NCBI GenBank assembly: GCA_964404765.1
Contig: CAYOLL010000004.1
Coordinates: forward strand, 1-34,314
DNA: 34,314 bases
Source of the DNA: an uncultured Gemmatimonadota bacterium
Lineage (GTDB): Bacteria; 4572-55
Reading direction: 5' to 3'
In this document: piece by piece, positions 14,142-23,436 of the stretch
Layout: each line of letters starts with the position of its first letter
Position numbering within the stretch: position 1 is the stretch's first letter
Notes under the pieces: generated by a model
Told to the model about the DNA's origin: nothing
Databases searched by the model: none
Seen by the model: only the letters and a program-made list of their open reading frames with translations
Position numbers and translations under genes: made by a program

Positions 14142-17100
14142 ATGCAAGACCTTGAAAGTCTTAAAAGCAAGGCTGCTTCAGAGCTGACGCAAGCGCTGCC
14201 TTTGGTGGATAAATCTGTTGAAAAAAGCTCACCCAAAAGATTGGACGCAACGGCCTATAGCGCTATGCCGCCGGCGATTGCCGAAATGTGCCAGCGTTAT
14301 GGTCGCAAGAAAAATGCGGCGACTCGTCTGGAAGTTTTGCTGCAATGTTTTGACGCCCTACAGATTCATGTTACCTGCTTGCTGTTGGCTGATTATTTGA
14401 ATAGCGCCGGTGTTGATACCGACTTAAACGATTTACTAAGTGACTATCTGGCCGAGTCTGAAATCAGCGCTATTTTTTTCTATATACTGCTGGAACAATA
14501 CCGTGCCAGCAATAGTGGCCATTTCTTTGCCCGTCAGAAAAATCAACTAATGCCCGCCGTGCCATTTGAAGATTGGGAAATTGCTTATAAAAACATCAAT
14601 TTTTCGAATGCGCAACAATCCCTTGATCTTTTATTTCCCCGCATCAGCAAACAATTTGAGCTGTTTCGATTTTTAAACCAGTATCCTTTGTTTGTCGTGC
14701 GCGCCTATGATGAAGAGCGGGATGCCTATCAGGTGGATTGGTTACTGCAAAACAAAAGCGACTGGATTTCTTCAAAAAAAGATGAGCCGCTTATTCTCAA
14801 CCGACTTTATCTGGCAGACGAGGCGGGTTCCCTGTCGTTGCACCCGTTATTGATTACAGCCAAGTGTCCGAAGTGCCAGCAGGAGCACATTTTTTATTTT
14901 CAAAAAATTAATCGTGAAGCGCTTGTCTATTTCAATTTTGAAGATTTTCATACGCTCTCCATAACGGATGTCTCCGTTATGAGTGAACTGGGGAATACGC
15001 TGGCTCAGAAGAAAGCATACAGTCTGGCAGTACAATGCTTTGAAGTTATTTTGCGTATTCGACCCAATGACAAAACCGCCCGTTCGGGGTTGTTTGCGAC
15101 CCATAATCTGTATGGCGTGCAGCTTTTTGAGGCCAAAAAATTTGAGGAGTCCGGTGAGCAGTTTCGTTTAGCCTTAGTCTTGCGTGCCGATGTCAGCCAG
15201 GTTTATTTTAACCTGGCTACGGCGTATCGGAAGAGCAAAAATTTTAGCGGCGCACTGGAAACAATTGATCGACTATTGGAACGGCAGCCGAGTCTTACGA
15301 AAGCCTTGGAAGCCAAAGCGCAGATTCTGGAAGAGTACGGTCAGCATGACGAAGCCTTAAAAATCTATGAGACCGCCTTAAAATCCGATCTGGCATACAA
15401 ACGTATTTTTACTTCCTGGCGACGGTTAAGCGACCAAATTGCTATGCCGCAAGCTACGCCGGTTAAAAAAGACGACAAAAAAGCCGATAAAAAAACCGAC
15501 AAGCCGGAAAAGAAGGAAGATAAAAAATCGGCATTAGAAATTTTGACCCGTGATGTAATGGAATACGTTAAAAAAGAAGCCGTTGAGCCGATTTTTGGAC
15601 GGGAAAAAGAATTGGGCGAGATTATGGAAATTCTGACCTGCCATAATAAAAACAACGTCATACTGGTGGGTGAGTCCGGTGTTGGCAAATCGGCAATTGT
15701 CGAGGAGTTGGCCCGTCGGGTGATCCGCGAGGATGTGCCGCAGCGCCTCAAGGGTAAGCGCTTGCTGGAGCTTAGCACAACCACGCTGGTGGCCGGAACA
15801 AAGTTTCGCGGCGAATTGGAAGAGCGAATTCTAAGTTTAGTGGATGAAATTAAGAGTGATGGCAGTATTATTCTTTACATTGACGAGATATCCAGTATCG
15901 TTCACGGCGGTTCCTATCGCGGCAGTACTGTGGAAATTTCCGGTGTTTTAAAGCCCGCCCTGGCGCGTGGCGAAATCCAGTGCATCGGCACGGCGACACT
16001 CGACGAATATCGTCGCAATATCGAAAAAGATCAGGCACTGGAACGGCGCTTTCAAATTGTGCATGTTGACGAGCCAAGTGTTGATGAAACATTGTCGGTG
16101 CTAAAAATTACGGTTAACAAGTTTGAGACTTTCTACGGTGTGCATTTTGATGATGAAGCCATGCGTTTAGCAGCAGAGTTTGCCAAAAATTTTTTGCGGG
16201 ATCGGGCCTTGCCGGATAAAGCCCTGGACTTGCTTGATCGCGCCGGGGCAAGTGTGGCCTATGCCGCACAAAACGACCCAAATATTCCGCCCTATGTGAC
16301 GCCGGACGATATGATTCGGATTGTATCCAAGATCAGCGGTGTGCCGGTTAATAAAATCGACCAATCCAATGCTGAGCGCTACCAGAACATGGAGTCTATT
16401 TTGCGTCGCAAAATTGTCGGTCAGGATGCGGCAATTGATCAGGTTTGCCGTGTTATCCGTACGAATCGCATGAAGTTTAAGTTGAATCCCAGCCGTCCGG
16501 AGGGTGTTCTGCTTTTTCTTGGCCCTACCGGGGTAGGCAAGACCGAGCTGGCCAGAATGCTGGCTGAGTTTCTGTTTGGCAGTGTTGATGACATGATTCG
16601 GATTGATATGTCTGAGTTTTCTGATCGCATTGCCACGACCAAGTTGGTTGGCGCTGCGCCGGGTTATGTGGGTTACAATGATCCTAATCAATTGACGGAT
16701 CGGGTGCGAAACCACCCTTATACGCTTGTTTTATTAGATGAAATTGAAAAAGCTGATTCGCAGGTTCTCAATATTTTTCTGCAGGTTTTTGACGCCGGTC
16801 GCCTGACGGATTCCAAAGGCCGCGATGTGGCTTTTAATCACACAACCGTTGTGATGACATCCAATATTGGTTCCGAGTTGTTTTTTAAAACGACTATCGG
16901 TTATGGGGATAATCGCAACGGCGGTTCTTCCGGGAAGGCTGTGGCGGTTTCCACGCAGCAACTGATGCGGCAGCTTCAGAGCCGGTTGACCCCGGAATTT
17001 TTGGGTCGGATCGATGAAATTGTTGTCTTTAATCCGCTGATGCTGGACGACGCCAAAAAAATTGTTGAATTGCGGCTTAAGGCGATTCATGACCAATTGC

Positions 17101-17318
17101 ACTTGGAGGAAAAAACGCTTTTTCTGTATGATTCCGCGCTTGAATTTTTGGTGGAAGTCGGTTTTGATTCGGAATTTGGCGCGCGCAATTTGGACAAGAC
17201 AATTCGTCAATATTTGTTAGACCCGTTGGCGCGGAAAAAGCTGCAGCCGGATTGGATGTCCGTCCACGAAATCAGCGTCGCGCGGCAAGGGCAGAATTTA
17301 CAAATTATTATGAAGTGA
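14142..17318 (+). CDS. ClpA/ClpC-like double AAA+ unfoldase with a novel about 470-aa N-terminal TPR-containing domain and a Lys/Asp-rich linker
   Basis: D1 carries GESGVGKSAIVEELARRV, Walker B ILYIDEISSIV and TKFRGELEERI. D2 carries VGQDAAIDQV, LFLGPTGVGKTELARMLAEFLF, IRIDMSEFSD and LVLLDEIEKADSQVLNIFLQVFDAGRLTDSKGRDV. It has no long M-domain, so it is ClpA-like rather than ClpB-like. A possible ClpP-docking IGY tripeptide lies in D2. The N-terminal region has TPR-like repeats and a KKDDKKADKKTDKPEKKEDKK linker. An AAGGA RBS precedes it. Confidence 0.8.
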   Translation: MQDLESLKSKAASELTQALPLVDKSVEKSSPKRLDATAYSAMPPAIAEMCQRYGRKKNAATRLEVLLQCFDALQIHVTCLLLADYLNSAGVDTDLNDLLSDYLAESEISAIFFYILLEQYRASNSGHFFARQKNQLMPAVPFEDWEIAYKNINFSNAQQSLDLLFPRISKQFELFRFLNQYPLFVVRAYDEERDAYQVDWLLQNKSDWISSKKDEPLILNRLYLADEAGSLSLHPLLITAKCPKCQQEHIFYFQKINREALVYFNFEDFHTLSITDVSVMSELGNTLAQKKAYSLAVQCFEVILRIRPNDKTARSGLFATHNLYGVQLFEAKKFEESGEQFRLALVLRADVSQVYFNLATAYRKSKNFSGALETIDRLLERQPSLTKALEAKAQILEEYGQHDEALKIYETALKSDLAYKRIFTSWRRLSDQIAMPQATPVKKDDKKADKKTDKPEKKEDKKSALEILTRDVMEYVKKEAVEPIFGREKELGEIMEILTCHNKNNVILVGESGVGKSAIVEELARRVIREDVPQRLKGKRLLELSTTTLVAGTKFRGELEERILSLVDEIKSDGSIILYIDEISSIVHGGSYRGSTVEISGVLKPALARGEIQCIGTATLDEYRRNIEKDQALERRFQIVHVDEPSVDETLSVLKITVNKFETFYGVHFDDEAMRLAAEFAKNFLRDRALPDKALDLLDRAGASVAYAAQNDPNIPPYVTPDDMIRIVSKISGVPVNKIDQSNAERYQNMESILRRKIVGQDAAIDQVCRVIRTNRMKFKLNPSRPEGVLLFLGPTGVGKTELARMLAEFLFGSVDDMIRIDMSEFSDRIATTKLVGAAPGYVGYNDPNQLTDRVRNHPYTLVLLDEIEKADSQVLNIFLQVFDAGRLTDSKGRDVAFNHTTVVMTSNIGSELFFKTTIGYGDNRNGGSSGKAVAVSTQQLMRQLQSRLTPEFLGRIDEIVVFNPLMLDDAKKIVELRLKAIHDQLHLEEKTLFLYDSALEFLVEVGFDSEFGARNLDKTIRQYLLDPLARKKLQPDWMSVHEISVARQGQNLQIIMK

Positions 17319-17373
17319 TCGCATTTTTTTACGCTTTTGATTTCATACGACTCGATAAGTGGCGCAAAACTTA

Positions 17374-17402
17374 TTGACAACAAATCGAATAAGTATATAT
17401 TG
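17374..17402 (+). promoter_or_regulatory. Candidate sigma70-type promoter for rpsT: TTGACA at 17374-17379, a 16-bp spacer, then TATATT
   Basis: A consensus-like -35/-10 pair about 40 bp upstream of the rpsT TTG start. Confidence 0.4.
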
Positions 17403-17441
17403 CTTGCTCACTTATAAATTTTAACGAAAGGAGGTATCAAT

Positions 17442-17714
17442 TTGGCGCATCATAAATCCGCGACTAAGCGTATCAAGACAAATAAAGTTCGTAATTTGCG
17501 CAATCGTTATGAACGCAAGACGCTACGCACTTTAGTTAAAAAAGTGCGGCTGGCAGCAACCCAGGAAGAAGGAAGCAAGGCTTTAGGCCCGGCAATTTCC
17601 CGGTTGGATAAAGCGGCTCGCAAAGGCCTTATCCATAAAAAGAATGCTGCTCGCAACAAGTCCCGCTTGACTAAATTTGTTCGATCTCTTAGCGCAACCA
17701 AAGCTGCTATCTAA
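17442..17714 (+). CDS. rpsT: 30S ribosomal protein S20
   Basis: (M)AHHKSATKRIKTNKVRNLRNRYERKTLRTLVKK... is a characteristic S20 sequence. It uses a TTG start preceded by an AAAGGAGG RBS. Confidence 0.9.
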   Translation: MAHHKSATKRIKTNKVRNLRNRYERKTLRTLVKKVRLAATQEEGSKALGPAISRLDKAARKGLIHKKNAARNKSRLTKFVRSLSATKAAI

Positions 17715-17715
17715 T

Positions 17716-17761
17716 AAAAAAAGTCCGAAGCTGATTGCCAGTTCCGGACTTTTTTATTTTT
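17716..17761. terminator. Rho-independent terminator after rpsT: hairpin AGTCCGAAG...GTTCCGGACT followed by TTTTTATTTTT. It is likely bidirectional for the converging minus-strand gene.
   Basis: Read directly downstream of the rpsT TAA. Confidence 0.6.
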
Positions 17762-17794
17762 CTGTTCATTTCCCTGCAAGTACGCAAGCTTTTG

Positions 17795-19357
17795 CTACCA
17801 TTCCCGTTGCGGGTCATTCCAGTAAAAGCGCGTCGCCCCGCGATCCGTGCTAAACCACACATAGTTTCCATCAATAAACACATCTTTGACGAAATTGCTT
17901 GGCAGCCCGGCCGGAGTTACGGTATAGCTGCTTTTAATACTGCCGATCTGTTCCTGGGATATATACTTGTGCCAGGCATCCTGTTTTTTGGAATAGCGCC
18001 ACACGCCCAGATCCGTTGCTAACCAAAGATTTGATGAGTCTACCGCCATTTCCTGAATACGGGGCAGCCGTGTGTTGTAGACTTCCGGAATTTTGGTGAT
18101 AAATGGCCACCAATCCCATTCTTTATAAAGCAGATCGTAAATTACCAGGCCGTCCGGCGTAGCAAAATAGACCATCTCATCATCTTTATCGACACAAACG
18201 CTCAGGATTTCCCCCCGCAGTTGTCCCGCCGGAGCTGACATTGAGAGCCAGGCGGTATCACCCAATGTGTATTGATAAACGCCATCACGAGTGGCAGCCC
18301 AAATGGTTTTGCGGTGGACAGCCAGATCGTTGATTGTCAGGTAGCTTAGTTTGGAGTTCTCAACTTTGCCATGAGTCGCGACCTCGCCTTTGCTATTCAG
18401 CTTAAGCCAATTTAAGCCGGTGTCTAACCCAACCCAAATGTAATTTTCCACCAGGGCTAATGCGCGCACGTCGTTGCCGGTCAGGCCATTAAAAGTATTG
18501 AAAGTTTGCCAGCCGTTGCGAATTTTGTTGAAGCGAGCCAAGCCTTCCGGCGTGGCCAGCCAAACATCGTCTGCGCCATTGACCATATCAACTACGGTGG
18601 CGGTTGGAAATTTGCGCGTATGACGGGCTTCAACATACGTGAAAGTGTTTTTTATTTCATCATAAATGGTTAAACCACGATACTCATCCGATTTTTCGCC
18701 GGCGCCGCCAAACCAAAGTGTGTGATCTACCCGTATCATGCAGTTGACCTGATCATCCAGGAGACCAAAGCGCACTTTTTCGAACCATTTACTGAAGGTG
18801 TCATATTTAAAAATACCTTCGCCGTCGGTGCCAACCCATAAATATTGGCCACGCGTATCCTCGAGCCAGGCGGTTGCCTGATGGTTGCGTAAGTACTCAT
18901 CCATAAAACTAATGTCATGCACGAATGGATAGCGCAAAGCCAATTTGTTATTGTCGTAGTCGCCGCCAAACCAGCGCAGATTTTCAATTGGCAGATTGCC
19001 GTATTTCCATTCGTGTGTACTTTTTTCAAACCAGATATAGGGCAAATCGCCAGGCTGCAGTGTGCTTGGTTCAATTTCCAGATACAGCCAAAATGCGCCG
19101 ACGGCAATCCGCCGGATCGGTCGGGGCAGCCAAAACGCCTGCCAGTTTTCTTTAAGTTCGTCATAAACCGACAAACCGCCCCATGTGGTAAAGTACATGT
19201 AGTTGACTTCGGTGGCAATGGCCGTCACGTAGCGCTGATTATTGAAGACCTGCCAATCACGCGGCTTGTAGTATTCGAAATAAGTCTGGGCTGCAACGGA
19301 AGATACCGTGCAGGTCAATAAAGCGATATATAGCGTTAAACATTGCCTGATCTTCAT
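17795..19357 (-). CDS. Secreted beta-propeller protein with two-component-regulator-propeller (Reg_prop)-like repeats
   Basis: It has a signal peptide (MKIRQCLTLYIALLTCTVSSVAAQ). Repeated W-x-G/A-T-x-x-G-x-x-x-Y/F motifs occur: LWVGTDGEGIFKYD, VWLATPEGLARFN, IWVGLDTGLNWL, IWAATRDGVYQY, VYFATPDGLVIYD, LWLATDLGVWRY and VWFSTDRGATRFYW. An AAAGGA RBS precedes it. Confidence 0.7.
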   Translation of the reverse strand: MKIRQCLTLYIALLTCTVSSVAAQTYFEYYKPRDWQVFNNQRYVTAIATEVNYMYFTTWGGLSVYDELKENWQAFWLPRPIRRIAVGAFWLYLEIEPSTLQPGDLPYIWFEKSTHEWKYGNLPIENLRWFGGDYDNNKLALRYPFVHDISFMDEYLRNHQATAWLEDTRGQYLWVGTDGEGIFKYDTFSKWFEKVRFGLLDDQVNCMIRVDHTLWFGGAGEKSDEYRGLTIYDEIKNTFTYVEARHTRKFPTATVVDMVNGADDVWLATPEGLARFNKIRNGWQTFNTFNGLTGNDVRALALVENYIWVGLDTGLNWLKLNSKGEVATHGKVENSKLSYLTINDLAVHRKTIWAATRDGVYQYTLGDTAWLSMSAPAGQLRGEILSVCVDKDDEMVYFATPDGLVIYDLLYKEWDWWPFITKIPEVYNTRLPRIQEMAVDSSNLWLATDLGVWRYSKKQDAWHKYISQEQIGSIKSSYTVTPAGLPSNFVKDVFIDGNYVWFSTDRGATRFYWNDPQREW

Positions 19358-19374
19358 ACTAATCCTTTCGTAGA

Positions 19375-19433
19375 TTCCGGGAAAATAGGTTTGACGCGGA
19401 TAATACCAAAACTTGAGCGAAACATTCCCGGAA
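19375..19433. promoter_or_regulatory. Pair of palindromic TTCCGGGAA / TTCCCGGAA elements (19375-19383 and 19425-19433) upstream of the propeller gene
   Basis: Read directly; TTCC-N-GGAA dyads 50 bp apart in a minus-strand promoter region. Confidence 0.2.
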
Positions 19434-19470
19434 ATCCGTGCAATTTGCGCTCATCTTCCTTACAGTTGGC

Positions 19471-20358
19471 TTATGCGCTCATGGTCATGCCGGTCAGCAG
19501 ATAATGAACGGTCAGGTTGGTAAACTGGCCCCACTTTTCAGCAATTAACCGCGCCTCCAGTTCCGTGCAATCCTGTTCCGGCAGGTAAAAGAAGCGGATG
19601 GCTTTGCGAACAACCAGATCACCGGCGGCAATAGCATCTCCGCGTCCCAGCCCGCGCGCCAGCAACCAATCAATTGTCCAACGACCAATCCCGCGTATAG
19701 GCAGCAGCCGGGCGGCTATTTCCTCGTTCGATTGCGTGGCGATGTCGGATAGCTTCAGTTTACCGTTGCAGATAGCGCGGGCCAGATCAATGATGTACTC
19801 AGATTTTTTGGCGGTGAATTGCAATGCGCGTAAATCTGTGGGGTCCTGGGCGGCTAAATTTTCGGGAGAAGGGAACGCAAAGTAGGTTTTCCCGGCAATG
19901 TGAAGCTGCTCACCAAACTGCCGAATCAAGCGACTGCGGACCGCAAAAGCAAAGCGCAAGTTGATCTGCTGCGCCGTAATGGATGTCACCAGCATTTCAA
20001 ACAAATCCGGGCACAGTGTCGGGCGCAAGCCGCAGAATTGCCGGGTTAGACTGGTCAGGACGGGGTCTCTTTCTGCCCAGGCATAAAACGCGGCGACGGG
20101 GAAATCCAAACCCAAAATTTTGCGGGCAATGGTTTCGGCCTGTACCCACACCCGTGGGGAAGCCGGGGTTGGCTGAACGTCAAAGCCAATTCGGTCCTCT
20201 ACTGTTGATAGAATCAGCAAGTACAGCCGTTGATCGACGGTGAAAACTTTGCGGAATATCCCATCATCAAAATGGTTAGCGGAATCCTCACCGTAGGCTT
20301 GATAGCGGCGCAGGGTCAGGTTGAAGTCAAATGGGGGAGAGGGCGGGAAAAAACGCAT
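19471..20358 (-). CDS. alkA: DNA-3-methyladenine glycosylase II (AlkA-like), HhH-GPD superfamily
   Basis: LLPIRGIGRWTIDWLLARGLGRGDAIAAGDLVVRKA is the HhH-GPD motif with the catalytic Asp. The length and the N-terminal AlkA-type domain fit. Confidence 0.75.
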   Translation of the reverse strand: MRFFPPSPPFDFNLTLRRYQAYGEDSANHFDDGIFRKVFTVDQRLYLLILSTVEDRIGFDVQPTPASPRVWVQAETIARKILGLDFPVAAFYAWAERDPVLTSLTRQFCGLRPTLCPDLFEMLVTSITAQQINLRFAFAVRSRLIRQFGEQLHIAGKTYFAFPSPENLAAQDPTDLRALQFTAKKSEYIIDLARAICNGKLKLSDIATQSNEEIAARLLPIRGIGRWTIDWLLARGLGRGDAIAAGDLVVRKAIRFFYLPEQDCTELEARLIAEKWGQFTNLTVHYLLTGMTMSA

Positions 20359-20639
20359 TAGACCAAATCTTTTTTGATCTTGATGATCTCAATACGATCA
20401 TCTTTTTCGATGAATTTAATCACATTTTCCAACGAGTCCTGGGCGTGTTGAGCTGCTGATGAAACCGTGGCGATGCCTAAAACCGCACGCTGCCACTTAT
20501 CCTGCTCTTCTACTTCGGCAAAAGACACGTTGAACTTGTTTTTGACGCTATCGCGCAGGTGATTCAGAATCATGCGCTTACTTTTGAGTGAGTCGCTTTC
20601 GGGCAAAAAAATTTCCAGCTCGCAAATACTGACAAACAT
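20358..20639 (-). CDS. DUF503 (YlxP-like) family protein
   Basis: MFVSICELEIFLPESDSLKSKRMILNHLRDSVKNKFNVSFAEVEEQDKWQRAVLGIATVS matches the DUF503 pattern (CELEI.LP...SLK.KR...KFNVS.AEV..QD.WQRA.LG). Its stop overlaps the alkA start by 1 nt (TAATG). Confidence 0.7.
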   Translation of the reverse strand: MFVSICELEIFLPESDSLKSKRMILNHLRDSVKNKFNVSFAEVEEQDKWQRAVLGIATVSSAAQHAQDSLENVIKFIEKDDRIEIIKIKKDLV

Positions 20640-20650
20640 AGTAATATCCT

Positions 20651-21328
20651 TTATTTCAAGTGAATGGGCTGCCCCGATGATTTTTGCATATCCTCAAAAT
20701 TGTAGAGATCAATCACATCGTCACGCATTTGGGCGGCGTAAATGCCATGTCGGGTCAGATGGGTCATCAGGCTGGGATCTAAATACATGGAGGAAAAGAT
20801 GGGAATGAAGGCCAGATGGCTGTACTCAGGAAAATAGCCGTTAATGTCTTTGAGCAGATCAATAAAATCGGCAACGTATTCCGGGCGAGGATTGGATTTG
20901 GTCTCGTTGAGAAGCCACTTTGTCTCCCCGACGACGATGCCGTCAAACTCACGGGTTTGGCCGGTCTTTACATGGCGGATGGATGAACGCACCGTAAAGC
21001 GAAGCACGGGGTCAATCCCAAAATAACGCTTGGCAATACCCGGCAGACCGGGCGCCACAATATCCTCGGCAAATGTGCCCAACTTGTTGATTAAATCGCC
21101 CCATTGCTTGCGGGACTCGCGCCGTAGTTCGTCCCATTTACGCTGACTTTCGACGCGTGCTTCTTCCCATTTGTGCTGGCTTTCGGCCCATTTGATTTCG
21201 TTCTCGGCATGAAGCCGGCGGAATTCCTTCCACGCCGTTTCATTTTCGGCGCTTTGCTGGGCGACGCGCAACAGGATGTCTTCGACTTGCTGGAGCTTGT
21301 CGGTTTTGCCGTTGGATTTGATTTTCAT
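20651..21328 (-). CDS. Hypothetical protein: N-terminal Trp-containing coiled coil plus a C-terminal domain with a PD-(D/E)xK-like D...E-x-K signature
   Basis: The N-terminal repeats (KWAESQHKWEEARVESQRKWDELRRESRKQW) suggest a coiled coil. The EFDGIVVGETKWLLNETK segment has nuclease-like acidic/Lys spacing. The family assignment is uncertain. Confidence 0.45.
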   Translation of the reverse strand: MKIKSNGKTDKLQQVEDILLRVAQQSAENETAWKEFRRLHAENEIKWAESQHKWEEARVESQRKWDELRRESRKQWGDLINKLGTFAEDIVAPGLPGIAKRYFGIDPVLRFTVRSSIRHVKTGQTREFDGIVVGETKWLLNETKSNPRPEYVADFIDLLKDINGYFPEYSHLAFIPIFSSMYLDPSLMTHLTRHGIYAAQMRDDVIDLYNFEDMQKSSGQPIHLK

Positions 21329-21405
21329 AGCGACTACCTCCGTTCTGCTATAATATAAAAATTAATGGCAGTCAGGCCATAAAAAAACGGCGGTGGTAAG
21401 GCAGT

Positions 21406-23394
21406 TTAACGCAACAACACAGTTCGCGCAGTCATCAAGCCGGCGTTTGTTTGCAAGCTCCAAAAATAAATACCATTAGCCAGTTGACGATTATCCTGTG
21501 ACTGTCCATTCCAGGACAGATTATGCTCGCCGGGTGAAAGCAGTTCTTGGTCAAGAATCGTGCGCACCATGCGACCGGCGCTGTCATAAATCCGCACGGT
21601 TGCCGTTGAAGCCGCCGGCAAGTAAAAAGCCAGCGTGGTTTGATCGGAAAACGGATTCGGATGGCTTGCTTGCAAACTCGGGCGGGCGGCCGCATTTTCA
21701 ACAAATACATCGTGCTCGGGTGATTGCCAATTGCGTCCATCGGCAAAGAGCGCTTCTATAAAATAGCGATAGGCAAAGCCGGATGACGGGTGATCTTCAT
21801 ACATGACGGTTGTTGGCGCTAAAATCGGTGATATGCCAGAATAATCTGCCGCGGGACCAATGCCTTGCCGATGAACACGAATGCCGGTAATATGGGTCAA
21901 ATCCGACAACTGCCAGGCAAGCTTGACGCCCGGACCATTCATCTGCGCCTGAAAAGAGAGCAATGTTAAAGCGGCTACGCGCTGATAGTTTATCGCCGCC
22001 ACGACATCAATGATACCCCAGCCGAGCAGCGTATCCGGGTGGGTGGCCTGGCTGGCGGTCATCATCAGCGCTTCGCGGATTTGCATCATCGTCCAATCGG
22101 GATGGGCTTGCAAAAGCTGGGCGGCGCAGCCGGCCACTAACGGCGACGACAAAGACGTTCCGCTAAGATTATAATAGCCAATTGCACTGCGGGCGCGGGC
22201 GCAGCGCGTACTAACGCCACGAGCCATAACCTCCGGTTTAAGCCGGCCGTCGGCGGTTACCCCGTCAGAGTTGAAACTCGCCCTGGCGCCGGTTGCATCG
22301 ACCGCTCCAACGGTTAAGATGCTGTCGGCATCGGCCGGCGCGCCCAGAAACGGGTGGGTCGGGTCGCCGCCGCTATTACCCAGCGAGACGCAGATGACGA
22401 CGCCAAGACCGGCGGCAATATCGGCGGCGCGGGTGATCGGCGCAGTATCGCCGTCCATTTGCGCATAAGTATACCAGTCCAGGTAGCTCAACGAGCTATT
22501 GGCCACATCTGTGCCCAGGCCTTCCGCCCATTCAATGGCCGCAATCCAGTAATCTTCTTCAACCGGTGTTTCGTTGGGTAAGTCCTCGGTTTTGGCCAGA
22601 ATGAAGTGGGCTTTATAGGCCGGACCGATGAGCTTTCCGTCGGCATAACCACCCAAAGTTGACCAGGTCGCCGTGCCATGATCGTGTTGACCGCTCACAT
22701 CGTTGGCCTCATTTTGCACATTGCCGTCATTGAAAATAAAATCATGCTGCGCCAGTAAACGCCCTTCGCTGAGAATGGCGGCAAAGGATTCGTGGGTCAG
22801 ATTGTAGCCCGTATCAAGCATCGTAACAATCACCCCAGCGCCGTTATAACCAAGCCGATGGGCATTGACGGCATTGATCTGATTCAGTTGGTCAAATGAC
22901 AGGCCGTAGTTTAAATCTGCCGGCGTGGCCATGACTTCAGCAGGTGTTTCCACTAATTCCGGCCGTTTGAAGCCCAATACCGGCTGAATGCGGCTGACAA
23001 AGGGCAGAGCGGCGATTTGAGCCAATTGCTCCCGGGTTGTTACCAGGCTGATGGCATTTAACCACTTACTGGTTTGGACTATCCTTGCGCCGGTTCCAGC
23101 CAACCGTGCCGAATAATCCGCCGCCACCGGCAGGTCAAGCTGCGAAACACCCGGCTTTTGACCGCGTTTATGCCGTCGTTCAATCGCGCGATCAGTCAGA
23201 CCTAATTCGGCTAACGACATTGTGGCAGCGCTCGCTTGGGCATTTTCTGTGCTCTTGTCCGTTAAAAAAACCCAGACTTTCAGCTCTGACTGACCCGTCA
23301 GACGTTCATAAACCCGGCTGTCGATTTTTGACGCCATGCCGGATGAAACCCAGCCCAGAATGGCAATAAGAACGGCTGCTACTGTAATTCGCAT
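21406..23394 (-). CDS. Subtilisin-family (S8) serine peptidase with C-terminal T9SS sorting domain
   Basis: It has a signal peptide. The catalytic triad motifs are VIVTMLDTGYN (Asp), HDHGTATWS (His) and LSGTSLSSPLVAGCAA (Ser). The C-terminal NPFSDQTTLAFYLP...VRIYDSAGRMVRTI...WNGQ..ANGIYFWSL... is a T9SS type-A sorting domain. Confidence 0.85.
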   Translation of the reverse strand: MRITVAAVLIAILGWVSSGMASKIDSRVYERLTGQSELKVWVFLTDKSTENAQASAATMSLAELGLTDRAIERRHKRGQKPGVSQLDLPVAADYSARLAGTGARIVQTSKWLNAISLVTTREQLAQIAALPFVSRIQPVLGFKRPELVETPAEVMATPADLNYGLSFDQLNQINAVNAHRLGYNGAGVIVTMLDTGYNLTHESFAAILSEGRLLAQHDFIFNDGNVQNEANDVSGQHDHGTATWSTLGGYADGKLIGPAYKAHFILAKTEDLPNETPVEEDYWIAAIEWAEGLGTDVANSSLSYLDWYTYAQMDGDTAPITRAADIAAGLGVVICVSLGNSGGDPTHPFLGAPADADSILTVGAVDATGARASFNSDGVTADGRLKPEVMARGVSTRCARARSAIGYYNLSGTSLSSPLVAGCAAQLLQAHPDWTMMQIREALMMTASQATHPDTLLGWGIIDVVAAINYQRVAALTLLSFQAQMNGPGVKLAWQLSDLTHITGIRVHRQGIGPAADYSGISPILAPTTVMYEDHPSSGFAYRYFIEALFADGRNWQSPEHDVFVENAAARPSLQASHPNPFSDQTTLAFYLPAASTATVRIYDSAGRMVRTILDQELLSPGEHNLSWNGQSQDNRQLANGIYFWSLQTNAGLMTARTVLLR

Positions 23395-23436
23395 CGTGTT
23401 GACCTACCTTTTAACAACTTTGGGTGTCCCATTTCC

